Of a stretch of DNA of 51,041 bases, positions 1-16,643 are shown in pieces (the first letter of the stretch is position 1; the number at the start of each line of letters is the position of its first letter). The stretch is from Bigelowiella natans CCMP2755 (Eukaryota; Protista; Cercozoa). The DNA lies in assembly GCA_000320545.1 (NCBI GenBank), contig ADNK01003392.1:1-51041 (forward strand), given 5' to 3'. The position numbers were made by a program, and so were the translations under genes. The notes beneath the pieces were generated by a model that worked only from the letters and a program-made list of their open reading frames with translations, did no database searches and was not told where the DNA came from.

Positions 1-95
1 ACTATGGTAGCACGGAAATGGGAAGGGGGGGAGGCGGGGGTGGTGTATATATTGGACATAAACTAAGTTTGTATGCATCATGTACCGTCTCAAAG

Positions 96-211
96 GATAC
101 AAATCGGTTAATCGACGCCATCGGATCTGCTGCCGCTGCTTCTTCGCCGAAGAAAAGGGCGAGAGGCAGGTGTGTGAGTCGCATTTGTGAGGGGGGAGGG
201 AGGGAGGGACG

Positions 212-252
<41 letters not shown>

Positions 253-636
253 TGACATTGAAGGGGATATATTTATTTATTTATTTATTTATTTATATAT
301 TCCCTTGCTATATTCTTCATTCCTTTGTCCTTTTCCATATCCTGCTCAGCGGAGGCATGGAAGGATTGATTATGGATGACGCAGCGTCACGAAAGGCATC
401 GAAGGGAGGGGGGCTGCAACAGATGCTCGAGGAGCTTGGGGTCGTTTGCTTGCGATCGATGCATTCTTAGATATTTGTCTTTTTTAGTGTTGTTTTGCGC
501 TCACTGTGCATGATTGTGTGTTGCTGTTGTTGTTGCTGTTGTTGTTACACCGCACCAGGACCTTTCCGATGAGGAGCACTATCAAGAATTTAACATTACG
601 GCATTTAAGCAAAATTTTAACTCACCGCGAAGCTAA
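96..636 (+). CDS. 3' end of a spliced gene, probably TATA-binding-protein-associated helicase BTAF1/Mot1 (partial)
   Basis: Exons of about 96-169, 350-440 and 559-636 join via GT-AG introns to give ...GGGLQQMLEELGDLSDEEHYQEFNITAFKQNFNSPRS*. This resembles the Mot1/BTAF1 C-terminal L..L.DLWD..QY..EY.L..F motif. The helicase core is outside the window. Confidence 0.5.
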
Positions 637-714
637 TTGAACCGAAGCCGTTTGGTACGCATCGAAGTGAAATTATAATATGATGAGCCGATCTGCGTCA
701 GCAGACTACTCACA

Positions 715-752
715 AGAGCTACGACACATCTGGAGAGCTACGACACATCTGG
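715..752. repeat. 19-bp tandem duplication
   Basis: AGAGCTACGACACATCTGG occurs twice in tandem. Confidence 0.85.
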
Positions 753-1779
753 ACAGGTGCGAGCACGTTGCAGCTGGAATTTTTCGCGAGCGCAATACAC
801 CTACTCGATCCTCATAGATAAGTAGCCGCTGCGCGTCCAGCGCGGCAAGGCCGGGCGATTAGTGCACCATGCATACATTAAGCCGCCACATCGTTGCACG
901 CAAGCAAGTAGTACGTTATTATGACATGTACTTTGCCACACAACCTGCGATTATGTTCAATGTACAGCTGCGCGCTGCGTAGAAATCATGACACACAATA
1001 ATCTAGAAAGTTATTAGCATTAGGCATTTATTATTAAATGCGTATGGCATACAGACATGTGCCGCTGCAATGCATAGCTAAATAAGGATGACCCTTATAT
1101 TTAATTAAGCTACATCCGTATAGCGTACAGACATGTGTCGGTGTAATGCGAGAACGCGTAACAATGAGCTGTGCACGTATAGACGTGGCTGTGTCACGAC
1201 ACATGGATACATAATACGTCGTACATGCAGATGATGAGCAAAGGCTGCGATGTGACAAGCCAACTGTAAAATGATGCTCGTTTTGCATTTGTTGTATTAC
1301 ATGACGGTGTACACGCTGCATATATTATGCTAGATGCAATTGTACGATACATAGACGATGCTCGTCAGCATCAGAGATGTATTGAGCGTACACACATAAA
1401 CTCATATTGATCAATAACACATCTAATAACTAGTCGCTTTCAAGCAACTGCACATAGGACTATTTTACATGTAGAATTAATAGCTTTGCGTGGCATGCAT
1501 TTTGTAAATATGAGAACCTCATTTTTTGCAGATCTAGCAGAGGTCTGTGAATCGCATTGTTAGTCATAGCACAGCGCAACTTTGCGTTGGAAATTTCACA
1601 TCGCATATCTCATATCATATCGTATCTGCAAATGTGAGTACGTAGCTCATATGCGCAGTCCCTTGCATGGAAAACAACGAATGGGAACGCATCGCCGGAA
1701 AAACATCCACAAAACCATGCCACGATCGATGCAGAATACGTCTTATTAGAAACAGATTAACATTCTGGACATTCAACTC

Positions 1780-4130
1780 TCAACGGGCAGGCGGTTTTCT
1801 CCACGTATCAACCTTATGGTTGATGTGTTTCGTGTCCTTACCTGCCGAAGTTGGCTTGGAGTTCGGTATGGTTACAATCTTCTTTACTGTTTCTCGTGTG
1901 CGATGATGCGACAATGGAGCTCCGCTGCCTCGGGCTGTTTGCGGGGGAGACAACACGTCGTCATCTTCATCCTCCTCAGTGAAGCTGCCCCTCATTTTTA
2001 GATCTACCGCGAAACGGCTTTCTAGAGTGGTAGGGGAGTCATCGTGTTCCACGTCCTCTGGCAATAGTGATGATGCTTTTCCTTCTTCTTCTTGTATCCA
2101 GTTGGCTTTCAGCGAATTGTTCTCATGCAGCATTCTCTGCATTTCGAGCTTCGCCCTGAGATCGCTCGCCGCTTTCACGCTGATGTCTCCCGGCTTTTGG
2201 CGAGATCACCCTAGTATTTGGTGGGCCGACGTAAAAGTGAGATGGCCTGTTCTTCTAATCCCCCTCCATACTCCCGATGAAGAAAACGAAGGAAGTTGTG
2301 TAGAAAGAATGGCAACGATGTCGCGACATTGAAGTTCTGCTATCGAAGGAGAGCGTGATGTAGGTAGGTCGTGCACTCCCCCCCCCTCCCCCCCCCTCCC
2401 CCCCCCCTCTTTTCACTTTGCATTACCTCAGTCCTCAGTTGGAGCACCTTAAACTTTAGATCTTTTATCTTGTTCTTGAGGGATCGAATTTTCTCATCAC
2501 CATCGTCGCCCTCCTCGGTATACGATGATGCAGTGCTACTTTTCCTCTTCGTCTTCATCTCGTTGCTTAGTAAAGCGTCCTTTGCATTCTCACGCAGGCG
2601 ACTGCTCTCCTCCTTCAACTCTATTATTTGAGCTCTAAACGTATCGTTTTCTTCCTTCAGCCTCTCAGCGTGATTCCTGTTAAGAAATGAATTATCGACG
2701 TATATGTTGCAGAAATTTTGGCCTCTAAAGCCTCCTCTTTCGCCACCCATTCCCACCCTCTCTCCTGCTCTAAAAGCGAAAAGTAAAATCCTACACGGTG
2801 TGCATTGGTCACCACCTGGATCTCACTATCTCATCTTGTGCGGCGTCGTTCTTTTCTTCCGCTGCGCCATTCATTCTCCTCTCGCGGTTCAATCTATTCT
2901 CATACGCGATGCGTACCTGCAAGGGCGTATTACAAGTCATTTCGCACATCTTGCATCGATATTTATGGCAAGCGTATCAAAAACCATCATCGTCACCTTT
3001 GTCTGCAAACATCATCATCAAAGTTATCACAGCGGTGCAAGCCGTTATGTTTTATTGTCCATGCTGCCGTCGCAATGCGTTGGTTACCATGTCCAGTATG
3101 TGGCCGTAGGCAGCATCGTTATTTATTATGCTACGAAATGTTTCTCGAAACACCTGATTTTTAACCGAGCCTTTAGTAGTAGGAATCGGAGAAGATATGT
3201 GGAAAATCATGGTTTCAGCTACCTCAAATTTTGCGTTCTCTCTCGCAGCAACATCGGTGTCGTCATCATCGTTTTCATCTCTGCCATTTCCGTTGTTTTG
3301 GTCAATTTTTTGCAGCCGCTCCGCAAGAAGAACCTCCATCCGGAGAGCAGGGGACCTGAAAGCCCCAGTCTCCTACAGAGGAAAAAGTGTACGGAGGATT
3401 GATGATAACTTGACCGTGTTTTGAGCATCGAGAAAATGCAAATTTAATGTCGTTTCGGTCACTAGATCTGGAAAGAGTGTTCATACCATTGCTGAAGATA
3501 AATTGTTGGATGAAACCTTGTGGTGGGATGCCGAGCTCTTGCCCCCCCCCCATGCCTCCTTCGTAGTTTTTTCCATCGCCGTTGTAGTCAATCTCGCTCG
3601 AGCTGAGCGAGGTTCATCTTCAATCTTTATGAACTTCCTCGCATCTGAGACCCTTCTAGCTGAAATTGGAGGTGCATCTGCCGTTGGATACGGAATATTG
3701 GAACCAGCCATTCGTCGATGCGATGTTGAAGACGAACTTCTTGCTGATAGCGGACGACGCGAACTTGGCCATCTAACCGGACTGGCCTGCAACGGAGTGC
3801 CACGGAATGACAGACTTCCGACGCTAGCTCGCTTCTAGAAAGAGAGTTGCAAAATGGGGTCCAGAATGCAAAAAATATATATATTTCCATCAGCGTGTTT
3901 ATCGTTTAGTTCTGCGAGTTCTTATTCACTTGTGCCTAACATTTATCTTTACAATGCTAATGCTATGCGTTGCAACTGCACACCTGAATAAATGATTGGC
4001 GTGAAGACGGACGTCCACCTCGAGCAGACTTTGGGGCTTTCGTTTTGAAGGATTTCGATTTGTTGACACTTGCTCGACGAGCGGATGCGGGCTTTTTTTG
4101 TCCCTCCCTCTTCACACTATCAAAATTCAT
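1780..4130 (-). CDS. Multi-exon hypothetical protein, Ser/Arg-rich N-terminus and coiled-coil C-terminal half
   Basis: Exon 3984-4130 (MNFDSVKREGQKK...SFIQ) splices in frame to KRASVGSLSFRGTPLQASP (ORF 3481-3792). Further ORFs 3052-3339, 2340-2756 (AERLKEENDTFRAQIIELKEE) and 1780-2178 are heptad-rich. Internal exon boundaries not fully resolved. Confidence 0.6.
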
Positions 4131-5092
4131 CTGAAAGAAAAACTTCCTTCAGTACATGTCACCCGTACGAGCTAATCATGACGTCAGCTTAGTAATACCT
4201 CAAAATTCCATCGTTTAACTGTGACTCCAGGTGAGACAACTCGAGGACTATTTGTACGTTTCTTGCCTAGGTTTGATCGTTTGGGTGGGATAGCATAGTG
4301 GCCAGCAGGCATTGTTTCGTGCTCAAATGGAGGTAAGCTGCAGACGCTGTCAGCAGTGCCTTCGAATTAAGAAGAACTCTCTTGTAATGTGTGCTTATAA
4401 TTAGTCACAGCTCCGAAAGCATGCCTGTGAAATCGGCGAAACATTAAAGATGAGACGTCTGGCAATCGTACTTGGAACGTGGGCATTCAAGAAAACCAGC
4501 ACTACCTAATCCGAGATCAGGCCTAGGGATAGCTATATTAGAATGCAGTCAACATTTATTGGCTGCGGGTCATCAGCCTACTCGCACTTGGTGTCCCCCA
4601 AGCTTTCCTTGATGTCTGTGATCTGCTTAAGCTTGGCTTGGAAGGGGGCTACCTGTAACCGAAGATCCTGAAGGTACTCGTAATAACTCAGGAAAATTCC
4701 ACTCGAATGTACAATATTCAATTGTCGCACGCTCGAAAAGGATAGGTTCCCGAAGTTGCGGGAAATTTGAACATGCGTCATGCATAGTTTGATGTCGCTG
4801 AGTGAAGTTGAAACCGCCTTCGGGTACCAGGTGAATTGCAGGAGGATCTTGAGGATAATTACGCCATGGAGAGGTTTTACACTGATTTTCCCCCAACTTG
4901 AACAAATATCGTAGTCCAGGAATGTTCTCTATTAAAATGCGGCTTCTTAGAAAGTCGCATTGTACAATTCGCAATGAATTAGGTAAATTCAGACGAATCC
5001 CGCCGGTTTCTGCTCAGCTTAAGTCTGGAAACACACTCCCCGTCCCTGTGGAGCATTCACTTCCTCGCTGAAGGAATACATACTAATAAATC

Positions 5093-8633
<3,541 letters not shown>

Positions 8634-9670
8634 TGAGAATATGGCATGCTAAGATGTTTTCGTGTTGAAGCTCTTATCATCTGTGTGGATGGTCATTACG
8701 TGTGACGCACTGCAGCGCTATGTATTTTGGTATTTACATGCAGTATACACACCGTGAAGTTACCACCTCTACGATCACTTATACGTTTCGCGTACGGGCT
8801 ACGTACGTACATACATACATGTACATGTGCTGTTTGCGATGTGATATCTGGCCGCGTGCACACGCCTGAGTGCATTTAGACGTCATGTTCATGACATCTC
8901 TTGCTAGCAGCTCATTGGTGACACCAAGTAATCGACGCCAGAAGGGAACCACGTGGCACACACGCGCTAACTTGCGTTCAATATGCACTCACAGCGAGCT
9001 AAGCGCAGCAGGCTGCACGCACACAGTTAGCACTATGAGATGCGCACAGTTACGCGCAGCGTACATACATGCTTCATCGTTCAGCGATGGAATTGGTCTA
9101 TCAATAATGATGATGAAATCCAAACACGAAGACAGGCCAGCGGAGGGAAAATAGTATCCAACGTACATATGCACTGCTATGACTCTGCGCAAAATTGTTG
9201 TCTTTGTTTCTAGAATTGCGGCCAATTCTTTGCGTCTACGAGGAAATTGACAGCACCATCACCGAGTATGCTAGCATGCACGGCACAAGATTTGTAGTAT
9301 AAACTAGGCAATGCTATCATGTTCAGCAAAAATTTCATCAGTTTCGCAGTGAGGAGAGAGCTAGAGAGTTGCTGAACGATCTATACCACGCAAGAAGATC
9401 CAGAAAAAAACACCTGGGGAGAAATGAATGAATGGACACCAAAATGAATGGGCGTGGGAAGAGGAAAAGTGGAGAGTGAAGGAACAACACATGAGCAAAA
9501 AATGGCTACCGGGGTGGCAAGAATTTGAGTGCCTGTATTTACACTAAACGGGTACGTTTCTGGTGCATGGCAAATCTGAACATTGGTAGAGACAATTTCA
9601 TGGAATGTGGGGGAGAGTGCATTGCATCAAATACCAAAAGAAACGGTTAATTTCTTGCTCTAGAAAACAG

Positions 9671-9709
<39 letters not shown>

Positions 9710-9779
9710 AACAAGAAAATCACGTTCGCCACCTACACATTCACACACCATGCACTCATGCATGCTTTAGCGCGTGTAT

Positions 9780-11645
9780 TGATGTTAAGGATGTGAGGAG
9801 GAGGGAGTTGGACCTGTTGTCTGTTATCTGGCGACCGCATCGCCGCAGCCTTGAGGTCGGAATATGATATCCGAGGTCGCCACTACCAGGTGTTATTAGA
9901 TCCCACGTAGGCGGTGTTATCTCGATTCCACCGCACCCATTCGATTGCTTGAGAACTCGAAGAGATCTGAGGGGGGCCACGTTGTAAAACCCACTACCGA
10001 CGCTCACGGTAACCCCCCTTTTGAGCGCGACATCCGAGACGCCGACCCCCCCAACGGAGTACTCGTATTCGTTGTAGAGCCCGTCGGACGTGTTCGCATT
10101 GCGATAGCAGCCTCCCTCCCAAGCCGAGGAGAGCGATTCACGCGCCTCACATCGGAACAGTGTCATCTCGCATCCCGACCCCGGATATACGCTATAGTAG
10201 ACTTTGAAGGGGTTCGCCCATTGCAGGTTATTCAACTCGTTGGTCCCGCGCGGATCCACTGAGGAAGTGGGGAGGGGGAGGAAGGGGGGAAGAAAGGTTT
10301 TTAGATCAACGATCTGAAATTCGGGGTCATCGTATCATCGTCGAGGTCAAATCGCTTCTCTACGTGCACTGAATATGGCCCTTTGGAAGTGACGTTGCAG
10401 AAAAACGTCGCGTTTGCTTGGAAATCACCATGAAGGTGTCATGCTAAATAGAGCACAGATACGCGGTGGCACCCCCCCTCCCCCCCTCTTCATGGGGCGT
10501 GAGACCTACGCTATTTCGCACAAATACTTTCATGTGTATAGTTCATCCAGAAGTAGCCGTCATCGCCATAAAACATGCCTGTGAAAGTATTAGAATGGCT
10601 CGAGTTTCAAAACATGATGTCATGCAACTGAATCGAATGGAAGCATACCCGTATCAACGCTGAATAGGCAATATCCGAAATCGTAATCCGTGTAGCTCGA
10701 CTCGTTAAAACAAAACCCTTTGAGGGTTTGGATGGCGAACAACAGTTCAATCAGATGCACGACGACGACGTCGGAATCATCACCATCATTGTTATCATTA
10801 TTACGGGGACCTGAGGAATTGTCTCCATTCTGGAAGAATGGGAGCTGGTTCATCGCCCCGCTGCTGATATTGCTGCAGCCCTCTGTACAGTTCTGCATCA
10901 ATACATGATCACCGCTTCTCGAAAGCAGGTACGCATAAGACCCTCCTGATCATCCAGTTTGCGTGCAGAAATAAACATAACATATCAGCGTTTGTAAGTC
11001 GTCGTCTCCTCCCCCCTTCTCTCCTTCAAGGCGTTCTTTCCCTTCCCTCCCTCCTCCTCGCGCGTACATGCATGCATGGATACAGGCGCGACGCTCGCAC
11101 GCGGTTGATGCCCGACCTGGTTGCTGATCGTTGTAGATAAGAGCGGAGCTGTTGCGCACAGACACCGCCTTCGAGTAGGTTAGGTTCATCCATTGTGCAG
11201 GAACGCCAAGGGGCTCGACCTTCGAGATCTGCTCGCCCTCGCTGAAGAAGTAGTAGGAGTCCTCGTCATCGAAGCGGAGGTAGGCCTGCTTGCGCTCCCA
11301 CACGGCGAACGGTGCCCCGGAGGAGTCGTCGCCACTCTCGGCGAGCTCTATGTCGATGTTCATCTCGAAGCCGGTTTCCTTCTGGTCAAGGCGCCCGAAG
11401 GCCTCGAAGCGCCGCAGGCTGTTCGGGTGGAGGTCGGTCCCCACCCGCCCCACCCACCCGGGGATGTACACGTCCACGGCGACCAGCCCGCTAGCGCTGG
11501 TGGTGTGGCGGATATCGATCTCCATCATTGTCGTCTGGTTGCCTCGATTCGAGTAGCCGCATTGCTTCAGATCGACCTTGGTTGCGTAGTACTGGGTGGG
11601 GTCTGGCGTAAGGGTGAATCGGTCAGGCTTCTCACTCGCAGCCAC
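9780..11645 (-). CDS. Multi-exon hypothetical protein, possibly extracellular (Cys, N-glycosylation sequons)
   Basis: Long protein-like ORFs 11090-11645 (high GC3), 10620-10901 and 9780-10259 separated by intron-like tracts. No family recognised; ends uncertain. Confidence 0.5.
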
Positions 11646-11934
11646 GTTGGGGGAGGGAGAGGGGGGGGGGGGGGGTGGGGCTATGAATTTTCAACCACGA
11701 CATAGAGAGAAAGATGTAGAGGGGACGGAGAGGTTGTTGGTCGTCGTGCTCGGCTATACCATTTCGAGATGCAGGTTTGAACGAGTTTGAGTCCCAAACT
11801 AACAGTGATAAGCATGAAGGAGTGTGATGTTCGGGCATGAAGGAACAGTAGCAGCATCATCATCAGCATCAGCACATGGATCAGGTAGAAGGGGGCACGA
11901 GCAAAGCAAGAGCGCCCTCAGGAAAGGATTTCTT

Positions 11935-12875
11935 ACGTGTTTTCGATAACGCGCACACCATTTGCTCTATGTCCGCGATCGCCGCGTTGAAGCTCTTCTG
12001 GCCATCGGTCGAGGTGGAAATATCGATCTCGACATCCTAGTTAGAAGTAAGAGGGGAGAGGAGGAGGGGAGGAGGGGAAAGAGGGGGGTGTTGGAGGGGG
12101 CGAAAGAGCTCCTCATCGAGATTCGAGTTGATAAAGGGCAAGAGAAATAACTACCTTCTTGGCATTGTTGAAGGTGACGTGTTGGAAACCGTCATTAAGA
12201 AGCTTCAGGTCTCGACGAAGAGCTCGCATAGAAGCGTGTCGACTGCCTGAAGACGTTCCCTCAGAGTCGCCATTCGAGTCTCTGAGAGCATCGACGAACG
12301 GAGTTATAAAAACACGCACCCGGCTGCATCTTCAAGCGAATGTGATGAAAGCAGCTCAGCTTACGATATGATTTTGAGAGAAGACGGAATCGTCATGACG
12401 GGGGGAGCAGACGGAGGCGATGGCGTGGGGGAATTGCTAAGAGTTGGTTTGTTGGATGATATAAAGACACACATTTTGTCCAACATTTACTAGGTTTTCT
12501 TCTCCCTATTTTCACTCTCTCTCAATTCGATGGCAAAGAACTACTCACTTCGTGCCGGAACTGTCCTCATCGCTGGAATTGCCTCCCCCCCCCCTTAAAA
12601 CGAAAGCATAGAAACCAATGACGGCCTGCCACAACAGTACATGGCGACGGGAAGGGAGAATACAGTCATTTATCGATTATCATTGTGTGCGTCATGATGC
12701 TTCACCACAATCAGTAGAAGCGTGCCGATTCCTAGAAGAATGTATTTAAACCGTCCCTTTCGCGCCTGAATATGATGATGAAAACAAAAGCCGCAATCGT
12801 AGAGTGGTGACATGCGTGTATACACATATACACAGACATAAATCTCCTTATGGTCTGAGTGCTAGCACACTCTGC

Positions 12876-12920
<45 letters not shown>

Positions 12921-13800
12921 TGGCAGGTTTTGGAGGTATCCAGGGAATAACTAATGACCGATAAGGGTTGCTCATCGACGTCAGGAAGGTCTTCTCTCTC
13001 GAGAACGAGCGTTGATCTGTTCTGATGCTTCGCCGAATACGCCTTAGGCGAGGCATGCACTTCATGTGGAGATGTTTGAAGATTGCTTGATGACTGGTAA
13101 AGTTGGGGGAGTAGAGCAGGGGAGGGCATTTGAAGTAAAATTGTGATCGGAGAAGCGCGGGTGGGGCGTTAGGCGTACCGTTACGACGTCGAACATCTCT
13201 TTCCCCGATTTCCCCTAATTTATACCACCGGACATCTTCAATTTCGCATACAGACGGAAGTTGGATCTCATCGGAACGAAATTCGATGGATGTTTTTCAT
13301 TACCTCATCAACTTCGAGACGAACGACATTCTTATGCAGCAAAGTGGATATCGTTCCCGAGGAAGAGGCCCCGTGTTGTGGCTGTGACCCAACAGCTCCC
13401 ATCTCGATTCCGCCCATCTTTGCGTTGTTCTGAATCTCCCCGTCTTCCGTGTTTGGGTTTAGTGCATAGGATAAGGATCTCCTCTAGTTGGGTAGAGTAA
13501 GTACATCGATGAAGCTCACATACAACGCCAAGAATAGGAATATGGTGTGGTACCGAGGATGACAGCATGCTTGAGCTGTAGGCGACGCAAAATACTCCTA
13601 ATGTTACAATCAAATACCAAATGTGTGGTTGATTACTACTCATCAAACCCGCCCCCTACCCTCTCCAAGCCAGAATTCGTACAGGCTTGCGGTGACTACC
13701 TTAACGGTACGAACTCTCTGGTCAATGTCTCTCTTTCCCCCGATTCTGCCAGGATTCTCAACGTCCCATTTCTCATGAGCGACATGAAAATATCGTTATC
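11935..13800 (-). CDS. Probable multi-exon hypothetical gene (may be the 5' part of the adjacent gene)
   Basis: Short exon-like segments (about 11935-12036, 12155-12330, 12960-13130) are flanked by splice-like CT..AC signals and microsatellite-containing introns. Confidence 0.3.
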
Positions 13801-13949
13801 GTAGGAAATAATTAGTGGCCATTTTCTCCGGTGTTCCGCAACCTACCAAACTCGCCAAAAGTAACTGCTTGGCGTTTCATCGCTGTCCCGACAAGTTGTC
13901 AATGAAGGTGGGTCTAGAGAGACAGATCTAGTTTGTGCAGATCTAGTAA

Positions 13950-14936
13950 AGTTGTGGGTGATTTTTTGTCTGACCGACTCTCGCATCGGGCCATTTCGGT
14001 GGAAAAGGGGAACTGCGATTTTTGATGTGATGGTTGCGTCAAGGCAGACTGGACGGACGCACTGTGTGTCAAACGTTTTGAGTGAGGCTTGAGGCTTGAG
14101 GGCTTCAGTGTTCGCCACCTCAGTTCCAAAGTGTGTTGCGACCGGCGGATGTGAAACGAACCCTCCAATTTGCACGGTGATTTGGCTGATTTGTGCTGTT
14201 GGCAACAATTGGTTGGCCATTGGCGCACTCAGTGATGCAGTTCCGTTTTCAACCTTGCAGGAAAAAACTTCTTTCGTTGGAAACGTGGGTGATCATTCAG
14301 TTTCTTTCTTTCTTTCTTTCTTTCGCTGATTGGGGCCCTTGATTGCTGCGGGCACAGATGAGTCAGCGGTGTCCTGTGACCCTTTCGATCGCTCCGTTCC
14401 AGCATTGGAACTGCTTCGTTGGTGTTCACATTGGAGGAGGAGGGAGTCACTCAGCACTGTTCACCACGAACACCGAGTGCTTTCGATTTTTTTTGCGATG
14501 TCGAAAGTGTGAGAGTGTTTTCATCGATGGAAAACGTGCTTTGAAGGCAATCTAGCAATGCGAAGTGCACATTGATTGCTTGTTGCTAGCGTGCCCAGTG
14601 CCCGTGAGACGTGAGTGGACAGTGGGTGTTTGATCGCGACGTTTCCAAGAATTGAGTCGCAATTTTCAGCACACTTTGCACCAGCCATTGCGTGCGAGTG
14701 TCACCAAAACTTCACCTCACGTGTTCGCTCGCTCTGTGCGTGCACGAATCGTTGGCAAAACAAGCAAACACTTCCAGACTTGCACCAAAACACTTCCAGA
14801 CTTGCACCAAAACCGTGCATCAAGCACTGAACACTGAACAAAGCATTGGTGCAAAGCCACACGCGCCAGAACCACATGGGAGACAAGCGTGTGCTGTGCA
14901 TGCAGCAGCGCCTCAACAAAAATCATTTTTTTTTTT
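13950..14936. repeat. Degenerate repeat-derived, TpA-depleted segment
   Basis: Only two TA dinucleotides in about 985 bp, both CTAG. Contains a 22-bp tandem duplication (about 14768-14811) and a ~90-bp sequence repeated at 42543-42629. Confidence 0.65.
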
Positions 14937-15002
14937 TAAAAATTAAAATTGTTCATCACATCCGTCTCCACAAATGTATTCATAACTCCGATCCCCCTTC
15001 TC

Positions 15003-16643
15003 TCAGTCATCGTCGGGGCAGATGTAATACAAGCAATCGAACAGATTATCGCAATCCCCTGTGCAACACGCAGATATGGCTAGTCCGCAGCATATGAAGG
15101 GGCAGCACGCGAGGACCCCGGTTAAGACTCCGATCCGCACAAGAAAACGTTTTGTAATGCCAACTGGGTTGATATGATGATAACCAATGCATTCACAGCC
15201 ACAATCGATTGAGCAGCACCCACAATTAACACCGCAGCATGTATCATCACCAAGAAATGCCAGCCCACCATCCTGGCCTCCTGGACAGCCGAAGATGTTG
15301 TACCACTCGAAGTGATTGTAGTCGTACTTTCCTCCGCACATCCAGCAGAACTCGTAGCGACACACTCCACATGTCATATGGTTACACCCAGAGGACCGTT
15401 CGATAGGAGAACTGCACTTTGGGCAGGGCTTCACGGTGTTCATTAGCTTATACATGGCAAAAGCTGCAGCATTCGAACTAGCTGCCTTCTTCTCACAACT
15501 TCCTTTGTGGTAACGCTCGTTGCACTTCCAGCAGTAAGATCGATGGCATTTCTCGCAGGTGACCTTTCTCTCCCAACCTGCAGGTTTCTCAAGCACGGTG
15601 TTGCAGTCACGGGTTGGACACCATCGCTTATTCTTATCAACTGCAATCGCTGCGTTCTTCTGGAATTTCTTGTATTTTGCGAAGGTCCCCTCATTCACAA
15701 CCTCCTTGACCTCATCCTCCTTTATCTCTCGATTGCAGGACGGCTCAGGACATCTCAGGGATACGACCTGCCCTTCCCCAATCTTAGACGTCAAGTACCC
15801 AGACCAACAATCCACACAAAACTGATGTTTGCATTCTGTTTCTCGGATGCGACCAGGAGCAATGGAATCCCAGCAAATGCCGCATCGTATCTCATCTCCT
15901 TTGAGAACGGGGTCGCTCTCCTTTTCAGTGCCGCACACCTCGCACTGGGTGTTCTCCTTCTTATTGTAGAGAGTGCATGCTTTGCATTGCCACTGGCCCT
16001 CCGGAGGGCGAGATAAGCTTCTTTGGATGGTTGGAAGTACAGCCGGTAGGTCCTCCAGATTTCCATCGGATCCCTCCAATTTACTGGAAAGTGCCTTTTT
16101 ATTTTCTTCTTGGACCTGCAAAGCTTTTTTTTCTTCCTGAGAAGATATAGTTGCAGCTTTCTTCAGATCATCAGGAGGCTGCTTGAGCTCTTCAAGTAAC
16201 TTCTCAACAGTGCCATGCCTTCCCACACTAAGCAGAGGGGCCAAGGCCTCCACAAAAGATTTCGGCTTGGTTTTCAACACTTCGTCGATAAGATTAGGCC
16301 CAAACCCCATCAGCATCATTTCCTTCCGGAAATGGAGATATTTACCCTTCTCATCCTCCTCAAAAGGAACGAATCGAGCTTCAGCTAAGAGGTCCACATA
16401 GCGTTTTGCTCTTTTCTTTTTAACATCCCCCTTCTCCTTCTTTGTCACTGGCTTCGATATAACTCTGGAAAGCACCGGAAGCATCTTTGGGAGCTTGAGT
16501 GCATTCCCATCGAAGGTCTGGCATCTCTTCAAATCAGGGCTGCTTTCGCCTTTCAGCTCGCCAATAAGCTCCAGTGTTTCGCCGTCATTCTTTGTATTCT
16601 CTACAACGTTGAGTTTCTTCGTCTCGTCAGGAGCTGATGCCAT
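15003..16643 (-). CDS. RBR (RING1-IBR-RING2) E3 ubiquitin ligase with UBA-like and RanBP2/NZF zinc finger and a Cys-rich hydrophobic tail; intronless
   Basis: NZF WQCKACTLYNKKENTQCEVCG; RING1 CGICWD...CKHQFCVDC...CPEPSC; IBR WCPTRDC...CEKCHRSYCWKCNERYH; RING2 CPKC...GCNHMTCGVCRYEFCWMC with catalytic Cys. Probable start MASAPDETKK at 16643. Confidence 0.93.
   Translation of the reverse strand: MASAPDETKKLNVVENTKNDGETLELIGELKGESSPDLKRCQTFDGNALKLPKMLPVLSRVISKPVTKKEKGDVKKKRAKRYVDLLAEARFVPFEEDEKGKYLHFRKEMMLMGFGPNLIDEVLKTKPKSFVEALAPLLSVGRHGTVEKLLEELKQPPDDLKKAATISSQEEKKALQVQEENKKALSSKLEGSDGNLEDLPAVLPTIQRSLSRPPEGQWQCKACTLYNKKENTQCEVCGTEKESDPVLKGDEIRCGICWDSIAPGRIRETECKHQFCVDCWSGYLTSKIGEGQVVSLRCPEPSCNREIKEDEVKEVVNEGTFAKYKKFQKNAAIAVDKNKRWCPTRDCNTVLEKPAGWERKVTCEKCHRSYCWKCNERYHKGSCEKKAASSNAAAFAMYKLMNTVKPCPKCSSPIERSSGCNHMTCGVCRYEFCWMCGGKYDYNHFEWYNIFGCPGGQDGGLAFLGDDTCCGVNCGCCSIDCGCECIGYHHINPVGITKRFLVRIGVLTGVLACCPFICCGLAISACCTGDCDNLFDCLYYICPDDD

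Noticed and set aside
4578-4974. 115-aa minus-strand ORF
   Set aside because: No ATG start, recognisable motif or clear splice support; cannot be called.
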